Of a stretch of 64,000 bases of DNA, positions 35,721 through 47,489 are shown in pieces. Both the position numbers and the translations under genes were made by a program. Where the stretch lies: the NCBI GenBank assembly GCA_963796455.1, contig CAWCLO010000001.1, positions 736,001 to 800,000 on the forward strand, read 5' to 3'. The notes under the pieces are model-generated. The model was not told the DNA's origin. It was given only the letters and a program-made list of their open reading frames with translations, and made no database searches. This stretch comes from Candidatus Sulfomarinibacteraceae bacterium (lineage in GTDB: Bacteria; Acidobacteriota; Thermoanaerobaculia; Thermoanaerobaculales; Sulfomarinibacteraceae). Numbering within the stretch: the stretch's first letter is position 1; each line of letters starts with the position of its first letter.

Positions 35721-38700
35721 TTACTGCAGCCCGACGACGACGCTCCAGATCGAACAGTCCCCTGATTCGAATCCATCGACAAAGAACGGAAGTTCTCGAT
35801 AGCTCACCACGACCGCATGGTCGATACCCGGCATCGTCACCTGATTGACGAGCAATGTGCTGCCGTCGTCGTCAGAGCCGGTCCATCCCGAGACCTCCCA
35901 TCCCGGTGCCGGGACCGCTGTCAGGCTGATGATCTCGCCGGTTTCATACAACCCGGCATCACAGCCATCCGACTGCGCGGGGTCGGCCATCGGCGCGGCG
36001 CCGGCACCCATCGCACCCAAGGTCAGATAGTGGCAGTCCGAAGGATCCAGCAGAGCCCAGAGCTCCCGCGAGTGTGTGCCCTCGAATGCTCGGAAGAAGA
36101 CGAGGCCGTCGGCATCAGTGATCCAGTCCGGCTTCGAATCATATTCTCCGGGATTGATGTCCCGGAGCATCACGGTTCGGGCCTCCGAACCGTCGCTCCA
36201 CCACAACTCCCTCCCATGAACCTTGTCGTCGGCAACAAACACAAGTGAATTCCGGGCAGCCGTCAGATTGTACGGGCCACCAATTGGTCGGGTTCGGGTT
36301 GGGATATATATCCTTGACCATCACCGTCCCACCTTCGGTGCCATCCGACTTCCAAAGCTCGCCACCCCAGGTCCCCTGATCCGGCGTATTGCTTTGAAAT
36401 AGAGAGTGTCGCCGACAGGGGTCAGGAAGTTCGGCCATGAGTCGTTGGACCCGGGCAATGATGTCCTTGACCATCATGGTCCCTGCAGTGGTCCCATCAC
36501 TCTTCCAGAGTTCCTTTCCGTGATTGACGGACACCCCGCCGTCGTCGGCGCGGAAAAAGAGGGTTCCGTTCATCACCTCCAGGTCGGCGGGGTAAGACCC
36601 ACGATCTGCCGGAGCGATGCTCTTGACCATGACCGTGCCGGACTCGGACCCGTCACTCTTCCACAGCTCGTAATCGATAGCTTCGTCCCGCGCCGAGAAG
36701 AACACAGTCGATCCAATCGTTGTGAACTCCTTCGGGAAGGAGCCTGTACCCGAGTCTGGGTTGATGTCCTTGACCATCTGCGTCCCGGCGCCGGTGCCGT
36801 CGCTGATCCAAAACTCCTTACCGTTGGTACCGTCGTTGGCCGCGAAAACGAGCATGCCGTTGAAATCCGCCAACTCACCGGGATCGGAATCCGCCGCCCG
36901 GGTTGATGTCCTTGACCATGACGGTGCCGGCTGCGGTGCCGTCACTCTTCCAAATCTCCACGCCATCTTCGCCGTTGGAATGAGTAAAGAACAAGGTATC
37001 GCCGACACTCGTCAGATTGTCGGGGGTCTCCATCCAACCGTCGTAGATGTCCTTGACCATCTTCGTTCCGGCAGCAGTGCCGTCACTTTTCCAGACCTCA
37101 AAGTTGTGGACCCCGTCTCTGGCGATGAAAAAGACCGTACCGTCGACGTTGACAAAGGTCTGGGAGAACCACGTCATCGCACCAGTGTCCCAGGGGAAGG
37201 CGCTCGAGGCGCCGGGCCAGATGTCCTTGACCATCACGGTGCCCTCGGCCGTCCCGTCACTCTTCCACAGCTCCATGCCGTGAATACCGTCGTTGGCGGC
37301 AAAGAACAGGGTCGAACCGACATGGGTCGGTTCGGTGAGATCATCGGTCGAACCGTCTTTCAGATAGAAGGGACTTCCCGCTCCCAGCACGATATCCTTG
37401 ACCAGAGTCGGAGTTACATAACTCGCCCTGACCGTGTGGTCGCTCGATGGCATGCTGAGGCTGTTAGTCGTCAAAAAAGACCCGTCGTCATCGGTGCCGA
37501 CCCATCCACCAACGGTCCAATCGGCCGACGGGTATGTGGTCAAAAGAATCGTCTCTCCCGCGGAAAAGGTGCCACCCGGACAACCTGGGCTGTTCACCGG
37601 CGTGGGTTCCGGGTCGCTTCCCGAACCCGAATGGCGGAGGACCAGCTCATAACAGCCTGGAGGCACCTCCACATAGGTCACGGCGGCCGCATGGTTCGAC
37701 GCCGGCATCGTCAAGATATTGACGCGATCGAAGCTGGTCGTCGTCGTCGGTTCCCGACCATCCGGACACGGCCCAACCGGACATCGGAGAGGCCGTCAGG
37801 GTCACCGACTCTCCCGAGTGGTAACCACCTTGTCCACACCCCGGCGACGATGCCGGGTTGGCAAATGGATCGGCCCCCATCCCGGTATGACTCAGGCTGA
37901 TGGTGTAACACGGGATCTGCGAGTACTCGACGCCTGCAGAGTGTGCCGACGCCGGCATGGTCAGGGTGTTCGAGATCGCGGTGCTTCCGTCGTTGTCGGT
38001 GCCCGTCCAACCGCTGACCATCCAACCCGCCGATGGTGCCGCGGTCAGGGTGACCGGAGTCTCGGCAAAGAACTCACCGGCAGAACAACCCGGCGAGGAC
38101 GGTGGTATGACTGTCGGATCGGCGCCGAGACCGTGTGACCGAGGGTCAACGGGTAACACGTTGGCAGAGTCTCGGTGACGGCCCGGTAGGCGTTGACGCG
38201 ACCGAACCCGGTCCCCTGATCCCAACCGGGCAGCTCCCAGGTCATCGGCCGTCGCCATCAGCTGGGCCTCCACCTCGGCCGCGGTCATGCTCGGATCCTG
38301 ACCGAGCAGCAGGGCGGCCACACCCGCCACCACCGGAGTGGCGCTGGACGTGCCGTTGAAGTTGTAGTTGTAGTCGCCTTCGTCATAACCGGCCGAGCCA
38401 ACCTGGTCGGTGGTGTACATGTGAACCCCCGGCGCCACGATGTCGAGCTCCGGACCGTAGCAGCTTCCCCACCAGAACTCGCCGTCACAGCTCGTCGGCG
38501 CTTTCCGTTCATCACACGGGCTGGTGGCGCCCACGGCCAGAACCGTATCCAGAGCTCCCGGGATAGATCACCGGTCCGTTGCCGTTGCCGGAGGCAAAGA
38601 CCACCACCGACCCGAGACCACCTCTGCCGCCGGATTTGGCGTCCGCGATGGCCTCGTTGATCACCGTCGAAGGTGAGCCGCCTCCCCAGCTATTGCTCAA

Positions 38701-40446
38701 GACATCGGCGCCGTTGGCGACCGCCCAGTCGAATGCATCGGCCATCCACGAGTCCGACGTGATCAGGTTGGCGTCCGCATCTTCATAGAAGATTCGCACC
38801 GGCATGATCTTCGCCGCGCGGGCGATGCCCGCCACGCCGAGCGAGTTGTCCGTGATGGCGGCCGCGATGCCGGCACAGCCGGTGCCGTGGGAGTCGTCGC
38901 GGGTCGGAGCGCCGCCACCGGTTCCACCTCCATCGGTCGCGTCATAGCCGGTGACCAGCTTTCCGGCGAGATCAGGATGTGCCAGATCCACCCCGTCATC
39001 GAGAACCGCGAGGGTGATGGTGTCGCTGCCCAGGGTCACGCCCCAGGCGTCCGACGCCTGGATGTCGGCTCCATCGATCCCCCACATCTGCTGGTTGTTG
39101 CTGAGGCTCCACTGCAGCTCGTCGAATTCGTCCGAGGTCAGGTTCGCGTAACCACCGGTGATCTTCTCGATCACCACCTCGTCGACATAGACACCTTCGT
39201 AGCTGAAGAGATCGTCGCTGTCAACATCAGCCCGATCCACACCTCGCTCTCACCCCTGAGATCACCGAGGGAACCCGCGCGTTTGAGATCGAATGCAATA
39301 TTGACCCAGCCACCCAGACCGCCGGCAATGTTCCCCGAATATTGCCTGCCCAAGAAGTTCTCGCCATCGATCGATGCCAGAATTCTGAAGTAGTCGTACC
39401 CGCTCTCGGTGTTGATCCACGCCTGGAGGTTGACCTGGGCATCCTCGGCATCACTGAGATCGAACGGTCCGTACACCATCCACGAGTTCGCGTTCGTACG
39501 GATAGGGCCCTGGTGGGGTCACGCTCGACCCCACGCAATACCCGCTATTCGCGCCCTCGTAGGATCGATAGTCCACTTCTCCCCAGCTGGGGTTTCCATA
39601 GAGTGTCCAATCATCAGGAAATAGGCCCTCGAATCCCTCGGTCTTGATCTGCACCCGGGTCACCGCAGGCGGCGCGACTTTGGGAGAGGAGTCCATTTTC
39701 AAGGCCGGCAGGGTTGCGAACGCCGGTTCGACGATCCGTAGATCGTTTCTGCCCTTCTCGATCCGGGTATCGGGCGGGAGGATCGACCCATCCGGCGCAA
39801 CAATCAGCCGTCGATCGCCCGGTTGAAGATCGATCGGGCGAGGAGGCATGACCCTGACAAAATCGGGATGGGCGTATTCGATCTCGTACATTTCGTGGAA
39901 TTGGTTGGCGGCGCTGAGGGCGACCCCATCAGACGTTCGCAGCACAAAGGTATTCTCGCTCCGGCTCAGTCTCTTGACGATCTGCACCCCGTGTTCCCGG
40001 TTGATGCGATCGATCTCCGCTGCTGAAATTCCAGCCTTGAAGCTCGCAACGAACTCGTCGGTGACGATCATCAGCGCCCCCTGAGACCGATAGACCGGGC
40101 TCACCAGCTCCACCTCGCTCATCGATTGGAGCTCAGAAAAAAGAGCCTGCCGGCCCTCACCCGAGAGTCGATCCAGGATCGGGAGCATCATCAGCCGGTG
40201 CTTCGAGAGATTCCTTCTGCGATCCGCGGCGATCTCAGCCGGGAACGAAAGGCCGGTGGTCTTGGCCCCGGGTTCCCGCAAGCGGACCGCGACCCAATCT
40301 GGTGAGATCTCGAGATTGATGCGGTCTCCATCCGAAAAATAGAAGTCGGTTGGGGCTTTCCCAGAACCCTGTGAAAAAGCTGGCCCGACATTGCAGGCCA
40401 TCATCACGACCACAGCAAGCATCACAAAGCGAGATCTTCTCATCAT
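35721..40446 (-). CDS. Large secreted S8 subtilase with ELWxxDGT repeats and repeated beta-grasp modules; many frameshifts
   Basis: Triad LDDGVD / HGTGCAG / GTSSATP; multiple ELWKSDGT; (V/I)TLTA.P..GW.V.GW.G repeats; C-terminal FFVDGFESGD. Confidence 0.8.
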
Positions 40447-40711
40447 TCCCCCCGAGGTCGAATACCTGAGCTGTACCCTCTTGAGACAAAAAACCGACTC
40501 GAGGACAGAGTTCACCCCCATTCGGACCGGGAGGAGAAATCTGTCCATCCATTATCGGTTTGTGCATGTAGGTGCCCGCGGGAAGGCTATCGACATTTTA
40601 GTGACTATTCAACAACCAGATAGACATAACCTATTGTTTTTGAATAACTTAAGAACAGGAATCATTTAGATTCGAACAGAGAAATCGATCGGCGAACAAG
40701 GCAGCAAGGTT

Positions 40712-43423
40712 TCACTGCGTCTCCGACGCTCCAGTGGCAACCCGCGCCGCGGCGATTCTGGCGGCGAGTTCGCCCGCCTCCACCACTTCCCCGAGACGAA
40801 GCAGCAGATCCTCGTAATCCTCCATCGCGGACACGAGATCAGGATGCCCGGCCTCGAGCGAATTCTCCCAGATGTAGATCGTGCGCGCGCGGTAAGGTCG
40901 GGCCCTCTCCGGTTCACCCATCGCGTCGTAGAGAGAACCCAGGCCGGCAGTCGTGTAGCCGATATCCGGGTGATCCAAACCAAGTACCTGCTCCTGAACC
41001 TCCAGCGATTTCATGAAGAGCTCTTCCGCCTCCTCATATTCACCGAGATCGGTGAGCAGTCTCGCCACATTGGCCCGGGCCTTCGCGACTTCGGGATGAT
41101 CGGGACCAAGGGCCTCCTCGAAGGCCACGAGCGCGCGCTCGTGGTAGACCTTCGCCATTTCATCATCACCCAAAGCGCGGTGATAGACACCGAGGTTGTT
41201 GAGACAACTGGCCACGATCGAATGATGGGGCCCGAAGGCCCGCTCGCGCACAGCGAGCGATTCTTCGAGGAGCGGTCCTGCACTCTCGAGGTCCTCGGTC
41301 GAGAGGAAAAGCGTCGCCAGATCGCTGAGGCTTTCACCGTAGGCCGGGTGATCCGGACCGAGAGACTCGCGGTAGATGACCACCGCCCGCTCCAGGGCCA
41401 CCTGTGCCCTGTCGTGTTCCTGGAGCGAAATCAACAGGGTTCCCAGATTCCCCAGGGTCCCCGCCAGGCTGGGATGATCCGGGCCCAGAATATCTTCCTT
41501 GATTGCCGCAGCTTTCTCGAGGTAGGGCAATGCGGCGGGGTAATCGCCCATTTCACCGAGCACTCCGCCGATGCTGTTCAGGCTCGAGGCAACCATGCGG
41601 TGATGCTCACCAAAAGCATTGCGATTGATTTCGAGAGCCTTTTCGAAGAGCTCGAGCGCCTCGTCGAACTCACCCAATCTGACGTGCAGAATCGCGACGT
41701 TTGAATACCCCATGCCGAGCACCGGATCGCCCGGTTCGAGGGTCTTGCTGTCGATGGCCAGCATTCGCTCGTAGAGCTTCAGTGCTCCATCGTAGTCGCC
41801 CCTGTCGCTCAGTATCAACGCCATGTTGTTCAATATGGCCGCCACCCTCGGGCTCTCCGGGCCGGCCGTCTGCTCGCGGATCACCAGTGCCCGCTCGTAA
41901 AAGGGCCAGGCCTCGTCATATTTCGCCTGTTCGCGGAGGGACTCTCCCAGCTGGTTCAGCACCTCGGCAATATCGGGATGATCGGGCGGCAGTTCCGCCT
42001 CGCGGATCGCCAGGCAGTCCTCGAAGAGCCCTTGAGCGGTGTCGAAGATGCCCAGGCCGATATAGACCCAACCCATGGTCGACATCAACCGGGCCTGCAC
42101 CAGCGGTTGATCGGTCAGCTCGACGCGGATCCTCTCCGTGCCTTTATCGAGAACTTCCCGCGCCGTGACCTTTTCGAACGAGCCCTCGGTGGGGTTGGAG
42201 ACCTTGAAGAGCCCGACCAGAAAATCCGACACCTGTTTCGCAGTCTCCGCCTCGCGCGATGCCTCCTGCTCCGCATTTCGGGCCCGGACCATGCCCAGCG
42301 TCGTACCAAAGATTCCGAGCACCAGGGCCAGGAAGACGATGGTGCCAGCAATGAACCCGAGGGTATGTCGGCGGACAAACTTCGTGAACCTGTAGGCGGT
42401 GCTCGGTGGCCCGGCCTGCACCGGTTGATCGCGTAAATGTCTCTCAATATCGGATGCCAACTCACCCGGCGAGCTATAGCGCCGCGTCCGGTCCTTCTCC
42501 AGCGCCTTCATGGCGATCCAGTCGAGATCACCTTTGAGTTGGCGGCGAAGTGTGGACGGCTCGGATCGACGGTTCTTTGCCGCCGTTGTCGTGTCCTCCC
42601 CGAGCCCCGAAAGCCGCGTGCTTGGTCGTGGTGGCTCGTCCTCGCGAATGACCCGCCGCATCTCGTCGAATCCGGCACGTCGAAGCTCACCGCCATCAAA
42701 CGGTTGAATGCCCACGAGCATCTCGTAGAGCACGACGCCGAGCGAGTAGACATCGGTCCTCGTGTCTACGTCGAGTCCCGTGAGATCCGCCTGCTCCGGA
42801 CTCATGTACTCCGGGGTTCCGATAAACTCGCCCATCGCAGTGAACACGGATTCTTCGGTCAGTCGTTGCGAGGTCGCCTTTGCGATGCCGAAGTCGATGA
42901 TCTTCGGCACCGCCTTCGAATCCTGGATCATCACCATCACGTTCGAGGGCTTGATGTCCCGGTGAATCACGCCCTTGTGGTGCGCGTGTTGGACACCATC
43001 GCAGATCTCGATAAAGAGGGCCAGCCTCTCGTTCGTATTCAACCTGTTGCGGTCGCAATACTCGGTCAACGACATACCCGGCACGAACTCCATCACGAAG
43101 TAGGGACGGCCATCGGCGGAGGTTCCCGCGTCGTAGACCTGGGCAATATTGGGGTGGCTCATCAAGGCGAGGGCCTGGCGCTCGCTGTCGAAGCGCGCCA
43201 GGACTTCCTTCGACTCCATCCCTCTCTTGATGAGCTTGAGCGCCACCTTTCGGCGGACCGGTTCGAGCTGCTCCGCCTCGTAGACCTCCCCCATCCCGCC
43301 CTCGCCGAGTTTTTGTAGAAGGCGGAAACCAGGGACCGTATCCGAAAGATCCCGGGGAGACGTCAATTTTTCAGTGATTTCTTCGGTCTCGATCGTCGGC
43401 TGGTCGTGATCGCTGTCCACCAT
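40712..43423 (-). CDS. Hanks-type Ser/Thr protein kinase with TM helix and TPR repeats
   Basis: LGEGGMGEV, VALK, HRDIKPSN, DFG, GTPEYMSPE; multiple 42-aa LGPDHP TPRs. Confidence 0.95.
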   Translation of the reverse strand: MVDSDHDQPTIETEEITEKLTSPRDLSDTVPGFRLLQKLGEGGMGEVYEAEQLEPVRRKVALKLIKRGMESKEVLARFDSERQALALMSHPNIAQVYDAGTSADGRPYFVMEFVPGMSLTEYCDRNRLNTNERLALFIEICDGVQHAHHKGVIHRDIKPSNVMVMIQDSKAVPKIIDFGIAKATSQRLTEESVFTAMGEFIGTPEYMSPEQADLTGLDVDTRTDVYSLGVVLYEMLVGIQPFDGGELRRAGFDEMRRVIREDEPPRPSTRLSGLGEDTTTAAKNRRSEPSTLRRQLKGDLDWIAMKALEKDRTRRYSSPGELASDIERHLRDQPVQAGPPSTAYRFTKFVRRHTLGFIAGTIVFLALVLGIFGTTLGMVRARNAEQEASREAETAKQVSDFLVGLFKVSNPTEGSFEKVTAREVLDKGTERIRVELTDQPLVQARLMSTMGWVYIGLGIFDTAQGLFEDCLAIREAELPPDHPDIAEVLNQLGESLREQAKYDEAWPFYERALVIREQTAGPESPRVAAILNNMALILSDRGDYDGALKLYERMLAIDSKTLEPGDPVLGMGYSNVAILHVRLGEFDEALELFEKALEINRNAFGEHHRMVASSLNSIGGVLGEMGDYPAALPYLEKAAAIKEDILGPDHPSLAGTLGNLGTLLISLQEHDRAQVALERAVVIYRESLGPDHPAYGESLSDLATLFLSTEDLESAGPLLEESLAVRERAFGPHHSIVASCLNNLGVYHRALGDDEMAKVYHERALVAFEEALGPDHPEVAKARANVARLLTDLGEYEEAEELFMKSLEVQEQVLGLDHPDIGYTTAGLGSLYDAMGEPERARPYRARTIYIWENSLEAGHPDLVSAMEDYEDLLLRLGEVVEAGELAARIAAARVATGASETQ

Positions 43424-43649
43424 CGGAGATTTCCCCTCTCGCGTGGTTGTCGAGCTATCGGTCAGCTCAACCAAGAATCTCACCAAGTGCCAATCGTGGT
43501 CAGGCGTACACAGCCCATGTCGACCGCGCGACGATACTCAGTGTGACGAACCGATTTGACGGCGATGAGGATACCACCCGCATGCAAAATCGACACACCA
43601 AATGAACTGTTATCTCAATTACTGTGTCTAATTCAGGGGTTGTGAAAGG

Positions 43650-44381
43650 CTAAGGATCAATAGCCGAGTTCGGAGTTTCCCCGATGGTCGCTTCCCTGAT
43701 CAACGCCTGAGCAAGAACTGTCAGTGGATCCAACCACGGCAGACTCGGCGGGTATCTCTGCAGGATCAGCGAAATCTCGGTGCACCCGGCGATCAGCGCC
43801 GTCGCGCCCTGCTCGCTGACGTCTCGGATCGCAAGGCCGATGGAGGCCTTGGTTTCCTCCGAGACGCCGTGCAACTTGACCATTTCGAGTGCGTCCATGA
43901 CGGCGTTCTGGACCCCGGGAGCACTTGGACCAACCGCGATCAACGAGTTTCTTTCCAGCGCTTCGTGGTACAGCCGGGTGCGCAAAGTACCGTCGGTGGC
44001 CAACACTCCGATTGTGGTGTTTTCACCGAATTCTTCTCGTGCCTGGATGGCCGTCTCTTCCACCATATCGACGACCGGTGTGTCGATGCACTCCCGCACG
44101 TCCAGGAGAAAGGCGTGGGCGGTGTTGCAGGGAATCCCGATCACCTCCGCGCCAGCCGCCTCCAGATTGCGGGCGGTTTCGCCAAGCGCCCGGATAACCG
44201 GCTGCAATTGGCCGTCGAGCAGGGCGTCGCTTCGATTCGGAATTTTTGGATTCGAGTCGATGATGACCCGGAGATGGTCCTGTTCGACAGCCGCCGGTGT
44301 GTGTCGGGTGATCCGAACCAGAAGCTCCGCCGTCGATTCCGGGCCCATGCCACCAAGTAGACCGATGATTTTCTGTTTCAC
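43650..44381 (-). CDS. Aspartate/glutamate racemase family protein
   Basis: IGLLGGMGP, PCNTAH, AGCTE. Confidence 0.92.
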   Translation of the reverse strand: MKQKIIGLLGGMGPESTAELLVRITRHTPAAVEQDHLRVIIDSNPKIPNRSDALLDGQLQPVIRALGETARNLEAAGAEVIGIPCNTAHAFLLDVRECIDTPVVDMVEETAIQAREEFGENTTIGVLATDGTLRTRLYHEALERNSLIAVGPSAPGVQNAVMDALEMVKLHGVSEETKASIGLAIRDVSEQGATALIAGCTEISLILQRYPPSLPWLDPLTVLAQALIREATIGETPNSAIDP

Positions 44382-44416
44382 GCCGGATATCTTATCCCGG
44401 ACCTCTTCCGAGATCG

Positions 44417-44441
44417 AAAAAAGCCTCCCGAAGAGGGAGGC
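44417..44441 (-). terminator. Terminator downstream of tRNA 3' fragment
   Basis: Minus strand GCCTCCC-TCTTC-GGGAGGC-TTTTTT. Confidence 0.75.
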
Positions 44442-44453
44442 ATCGATTCAATC

Positions 44454-44505
44454 TGGAGCCAACGGTCGGATTCGAACCGACGGCCTGCTCATTACGATTG
44501 AGCTG
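44454..44505 (-). pseudogene. 3' half of tRNA-Thr(CGT); att-type duplication 1
   Basis: Anticodon arm GCTCA-ATCGTAA-TGAGC, T arm GTCGG-TTCGAAT-CCGAC, acceptor strand ending TCCA; no D arm or 5' strand. Confidence 0.85.
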
Positions 44506-44766
44506 GTGTGATATTGATTTTAAAGAATTTAGATAGTTCCTTATCCGGTTTTACCCCACCATGAGTATCCGGTCATGGTGGTACCGTCGAAGACCACGCG
44601 TCGGTATTACCGGACTCGAAGTCATCGGCGAATCGAAGAGAGCGAAATGTAGAGCTTTTCGAGGAGGCTGAAAAATGAACGATCGATTCGCGATGAAAAC
44701 CGCGAACGTGGGAGTCGCGTAGACCCATCAGATCAACGGCCTCGTCCATGTGGTTCCGCGAGATCG

Positions 44767-44814
44767 AGGCCGCGCGAGGCGCGGGCTTGGGTCCGCTGGA
44801 ACGAGGTGTTAGGT
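44767..44814 (-). repeat. Truncated integron attC site
   Basis: Nearly identical to 49656-49703; only one core box retained. Confidence 0.7.
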
Positions 44815-44827
44815 TCCAGCAGACTTC

Positions 44828-45328
44828 TCACCTGTTGATGTACCTGGTTCCAAGCTTAGGGGGTGGCTTTCGACGACTTCTCAACGGGGTCCTGCTGCGC
44901 CAATCTCGAGAGTTCCTATTTCGGTTTCGGCTGTGTAGATTCTGTGGGTCGTCTGACAACGCGGGTCCGTAAAAAGAGCTTTGATCGATGCCTTCCTGCC
45001 AATCGACGAATTGGTCTTCCTTCCGGAATATACCCAGGTCTTCTAGCGAGTGGCGAAGGAAGACAAATACCCAACCTGAAACAGTGCAGAGCAGAAGAAG
45101 CCAAGCAACGAACTTCAGGTCGCTTCCTGCTCCTTGCCGGATGTATTCGCCCAACTGACCAGAGACATCAAACAAATCGAAGGTTGCAAGAAATACAAAG
45201 AGCAGTATTCCGGCCGCGGCGGCCCAGATCGCTACAATGGCGCAGCGCGCGAGTTGGGACTTTTCTTCTGACACCTTGTCACCTACTCTCCATAAAATCT
45301 TTACGAAGAGCGAGGCCGTAAATTCCAT
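44828..45328 (-). CDS. Hypothetical membrane protein (probable gene cassette)
   Basis: Two TM segments; the ORF ends 13 bp before an attC inverse core. Confidence 0.5.
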   Translation of the reverse strand: MEFTASLFVKILWRVGDKVSEEKSQLARCAIVAIWAAAAGILLFVFLATFDLFDVSGQLGEYIRQGAGSDLKFVAWLLLLCTVSGWVFVFLRHSLEDLGIFRKEDQFVDWQEGIDQSSFYGPALSDDPQNLHSRNRNRNSRDWRSRTPLRSRRKPPPKLGTRYINR

Positions 45329-45445
45329 TTTCCCAGCGCCGTTGATGAGACCGAACAGACGTGAAGGTATTGTTGAGCAGTCAATTACAGATTCGGTTCC
45401 CCGTTCTGTGCTCGTGCCAGATCACGGGTCCTCGTACAGGTAGCG

Positions 45446-46746
45446 TTAGAGGTCCGTCCGGTGACTGGCCCGTATCTCTGCCGCCCGGGAATCCGCGACG
45501 CCGGCTTCTTCGGCAAAACCGAGCCAATTGCCCACAGATTTGATGACGCCGTCCAGCATCTCGTTCGCGCGGCTCTTTTTGATCCCAGCGGTATCCGCCA
45601 GGTTGATCAGATCATCCCGACTGATGTCGGCGCGCTTGCCGTTGACACTCATCTGGTGCCGGCTTGCCAATCCCCGTCCGGGTCCCAGGCATAGGTCACA
45701 TCAAAGGCAGGAGTCAAACTCCAGTCTCCCCGCCGATTCATCAGAAAGGCGATGTTCTTGACGTGATCGTCGTGATTGCGACCGACGATGTTGAACATCG
45801 CCCGCAACACCTGCTGATCGAGGTCCGCGCGAGGCATCCCGAGCCTCTTCATGACCTGGATCGCCTGCTCATAGGAATAGCTTGCAGGCTGACTGTAGTC
45901 AAAATGGGCGATGGCACCCAGGGATTGCATGTGGCGTTTTCCACCTGTCGATGTGCGATCGAAACGTTTGGTCATGAAATGGCTCCGACCGCCTTCATCA
46001 TGAAGCCTGCATGGCGTCATCGAGATCCCGGACTCAACGGCCATCAAGTGATAGGCATATTCGATCCGGCCGTAACCCAGCGGATCCGCAAGCTCTTTGT
46101 CACGGTTGTTCGAGACCCCGTCAAACTTCATGAGCCAGTGTTCAAAACCCTCACCGCCATCGACCTGACCTGACCGAAATTCGTTCGTGCCAGGATTCCA
46201 GGCGAGAATAGCCTTGGCGCGTGCGCCCCCTGCTGAGGTCCCAACCCGGAGAATATCCTCGATCACTTCTTTATCGTCAACGCCGGAAAACACGCCACCC
46301 AGGGCAGACCGTTTGTCGAGGATCTGGTTTGCCAGACCGACAAGTTTCGCCACCTCGATTTTGCTGGTGCTCGTAGGTGGTCCCAGGGTGGCCGGCTCGA
46401 ACTCGAGCGCTCCCATGCCTCGCACACCCACATAACAGAGGCGTTCTACAGGGTGGAAGCTCGTTGCTGTTCTTCCCTGCGAAGCGAGCCACGCATCAAT
46501 GACGGCATTTCCAAATTTGTCCGGGAGTGAGTCGGCAAGCAATCCCGGCAACCCCTTGAAAGTATTTCGAGCAAGCGCCGGGAATTCGAATGGATTCTCA
46601 CCGAGCGGCATCATGAGGGGAGCCAACTGGATGCCGCTGTGCAGGAAATCCGGCGCATACTGAAATACACCGACCTCCCGATCCTCCAGCCACGTCACGG
46701 CTCCAATGGTACTGCCCCAAAGCACCACTCTCGCATCGTTATTCAT
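45446..46746 (-). CDS. hipA: HipA-family kinase toxin, frameshift near 45665
   Basis: DSLPDKFG, SAGGARAK, WLMKF, NHDDHVKN, LTPAFD. Confidence 0.92.
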
Positions 46747-47107
46747 CGTCGTTCTCGCTGTCGCCCCAGACCCAGGGCCCGTGTTCCTCACCCCGTGCGT
46801 TCGGGCGGGCCCGCTTGCGCTCGAAACCCGTCGCCCCTATACGCTCGATCGGCCTGACGGTCGGATCCGGAAGCAGCGTCTCGAGATTCTGCTGAATGCC
46901 GAGAGCCGCCATCACACGAATCAACGTGTCGAAGGACACGCCCTGGCCCTTTTCGAGTCGGCCGATCGTCCGGGTCGAAACCCCGGCTTCCCGCGCGAGC
47001 TGTTTCTGGGTCACGTTTCGAGCAAGCCTGATGTTCTCGAGTCGCCTGCAGAGCGCGGCCTCGATTTGACCGCTCGATGCAATCGAAAAATCTATTTTAT
47101 ACGACAT
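46739..47107 (-). CDS. XRE-family HTH antitoxin (HipB-like)
   Basis: RLARNVTQKQLAREAGVS..TIGRLEKG; overlaps the hipA start. Confidence 0.88.
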   Translation of the reverse strand: MSYKIDFSIASSGQIEAALCRRLENIRLARNVTQKQLAREAGVSTRTIGRLEKGQGVSFDTLIRVMAALGIQQNLETLLPDPTVRPIERIGATGFERKRARPNARGEEHGPWVWGDSENDDE

Positions 47108-47489
47108 ATTTTACCTGCTATCGTCAATATTTCAAATTAATACGAAACATATTACCGATTTTACCCGCATCAACCTCTCGCCTGTTATCGGCAACATAAT
47201 GCCTATTATATATGATCACACCACCAAACAAGTAATTTTTTACTGATTATCCCAAAAATATGAGAAGGATCCAGTAAAACGATCCCCTGACAGGGTTGCA
47301 CGATGCTCGCTCAACCTTGAACTGGTTCTAGGCCCCGCTCCGCGAAACTCGCGTCAATTTGAGACAAAATCCAGAAACAGTACCTCAAGAAGAGACGACC
47401 CCGAGAAATGTGCTTCCATATCCTCAGCTGATTCTGGCATCGATATTGCGACTTATCTATCCGGGAGACGCATCGGTTCAATCCGAGGA

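Noticed and set aside
44454..44505. Functional tRNA gene (also 51900-51947)
   Set aside because: The D arm and 5' acceptor strand are missing in both copies.
45440..45452. hipA stop as an attC inverse core (CTCTAAC)
   Set aside because: Imperfect core and no matching hairpin or GTT box downstream.
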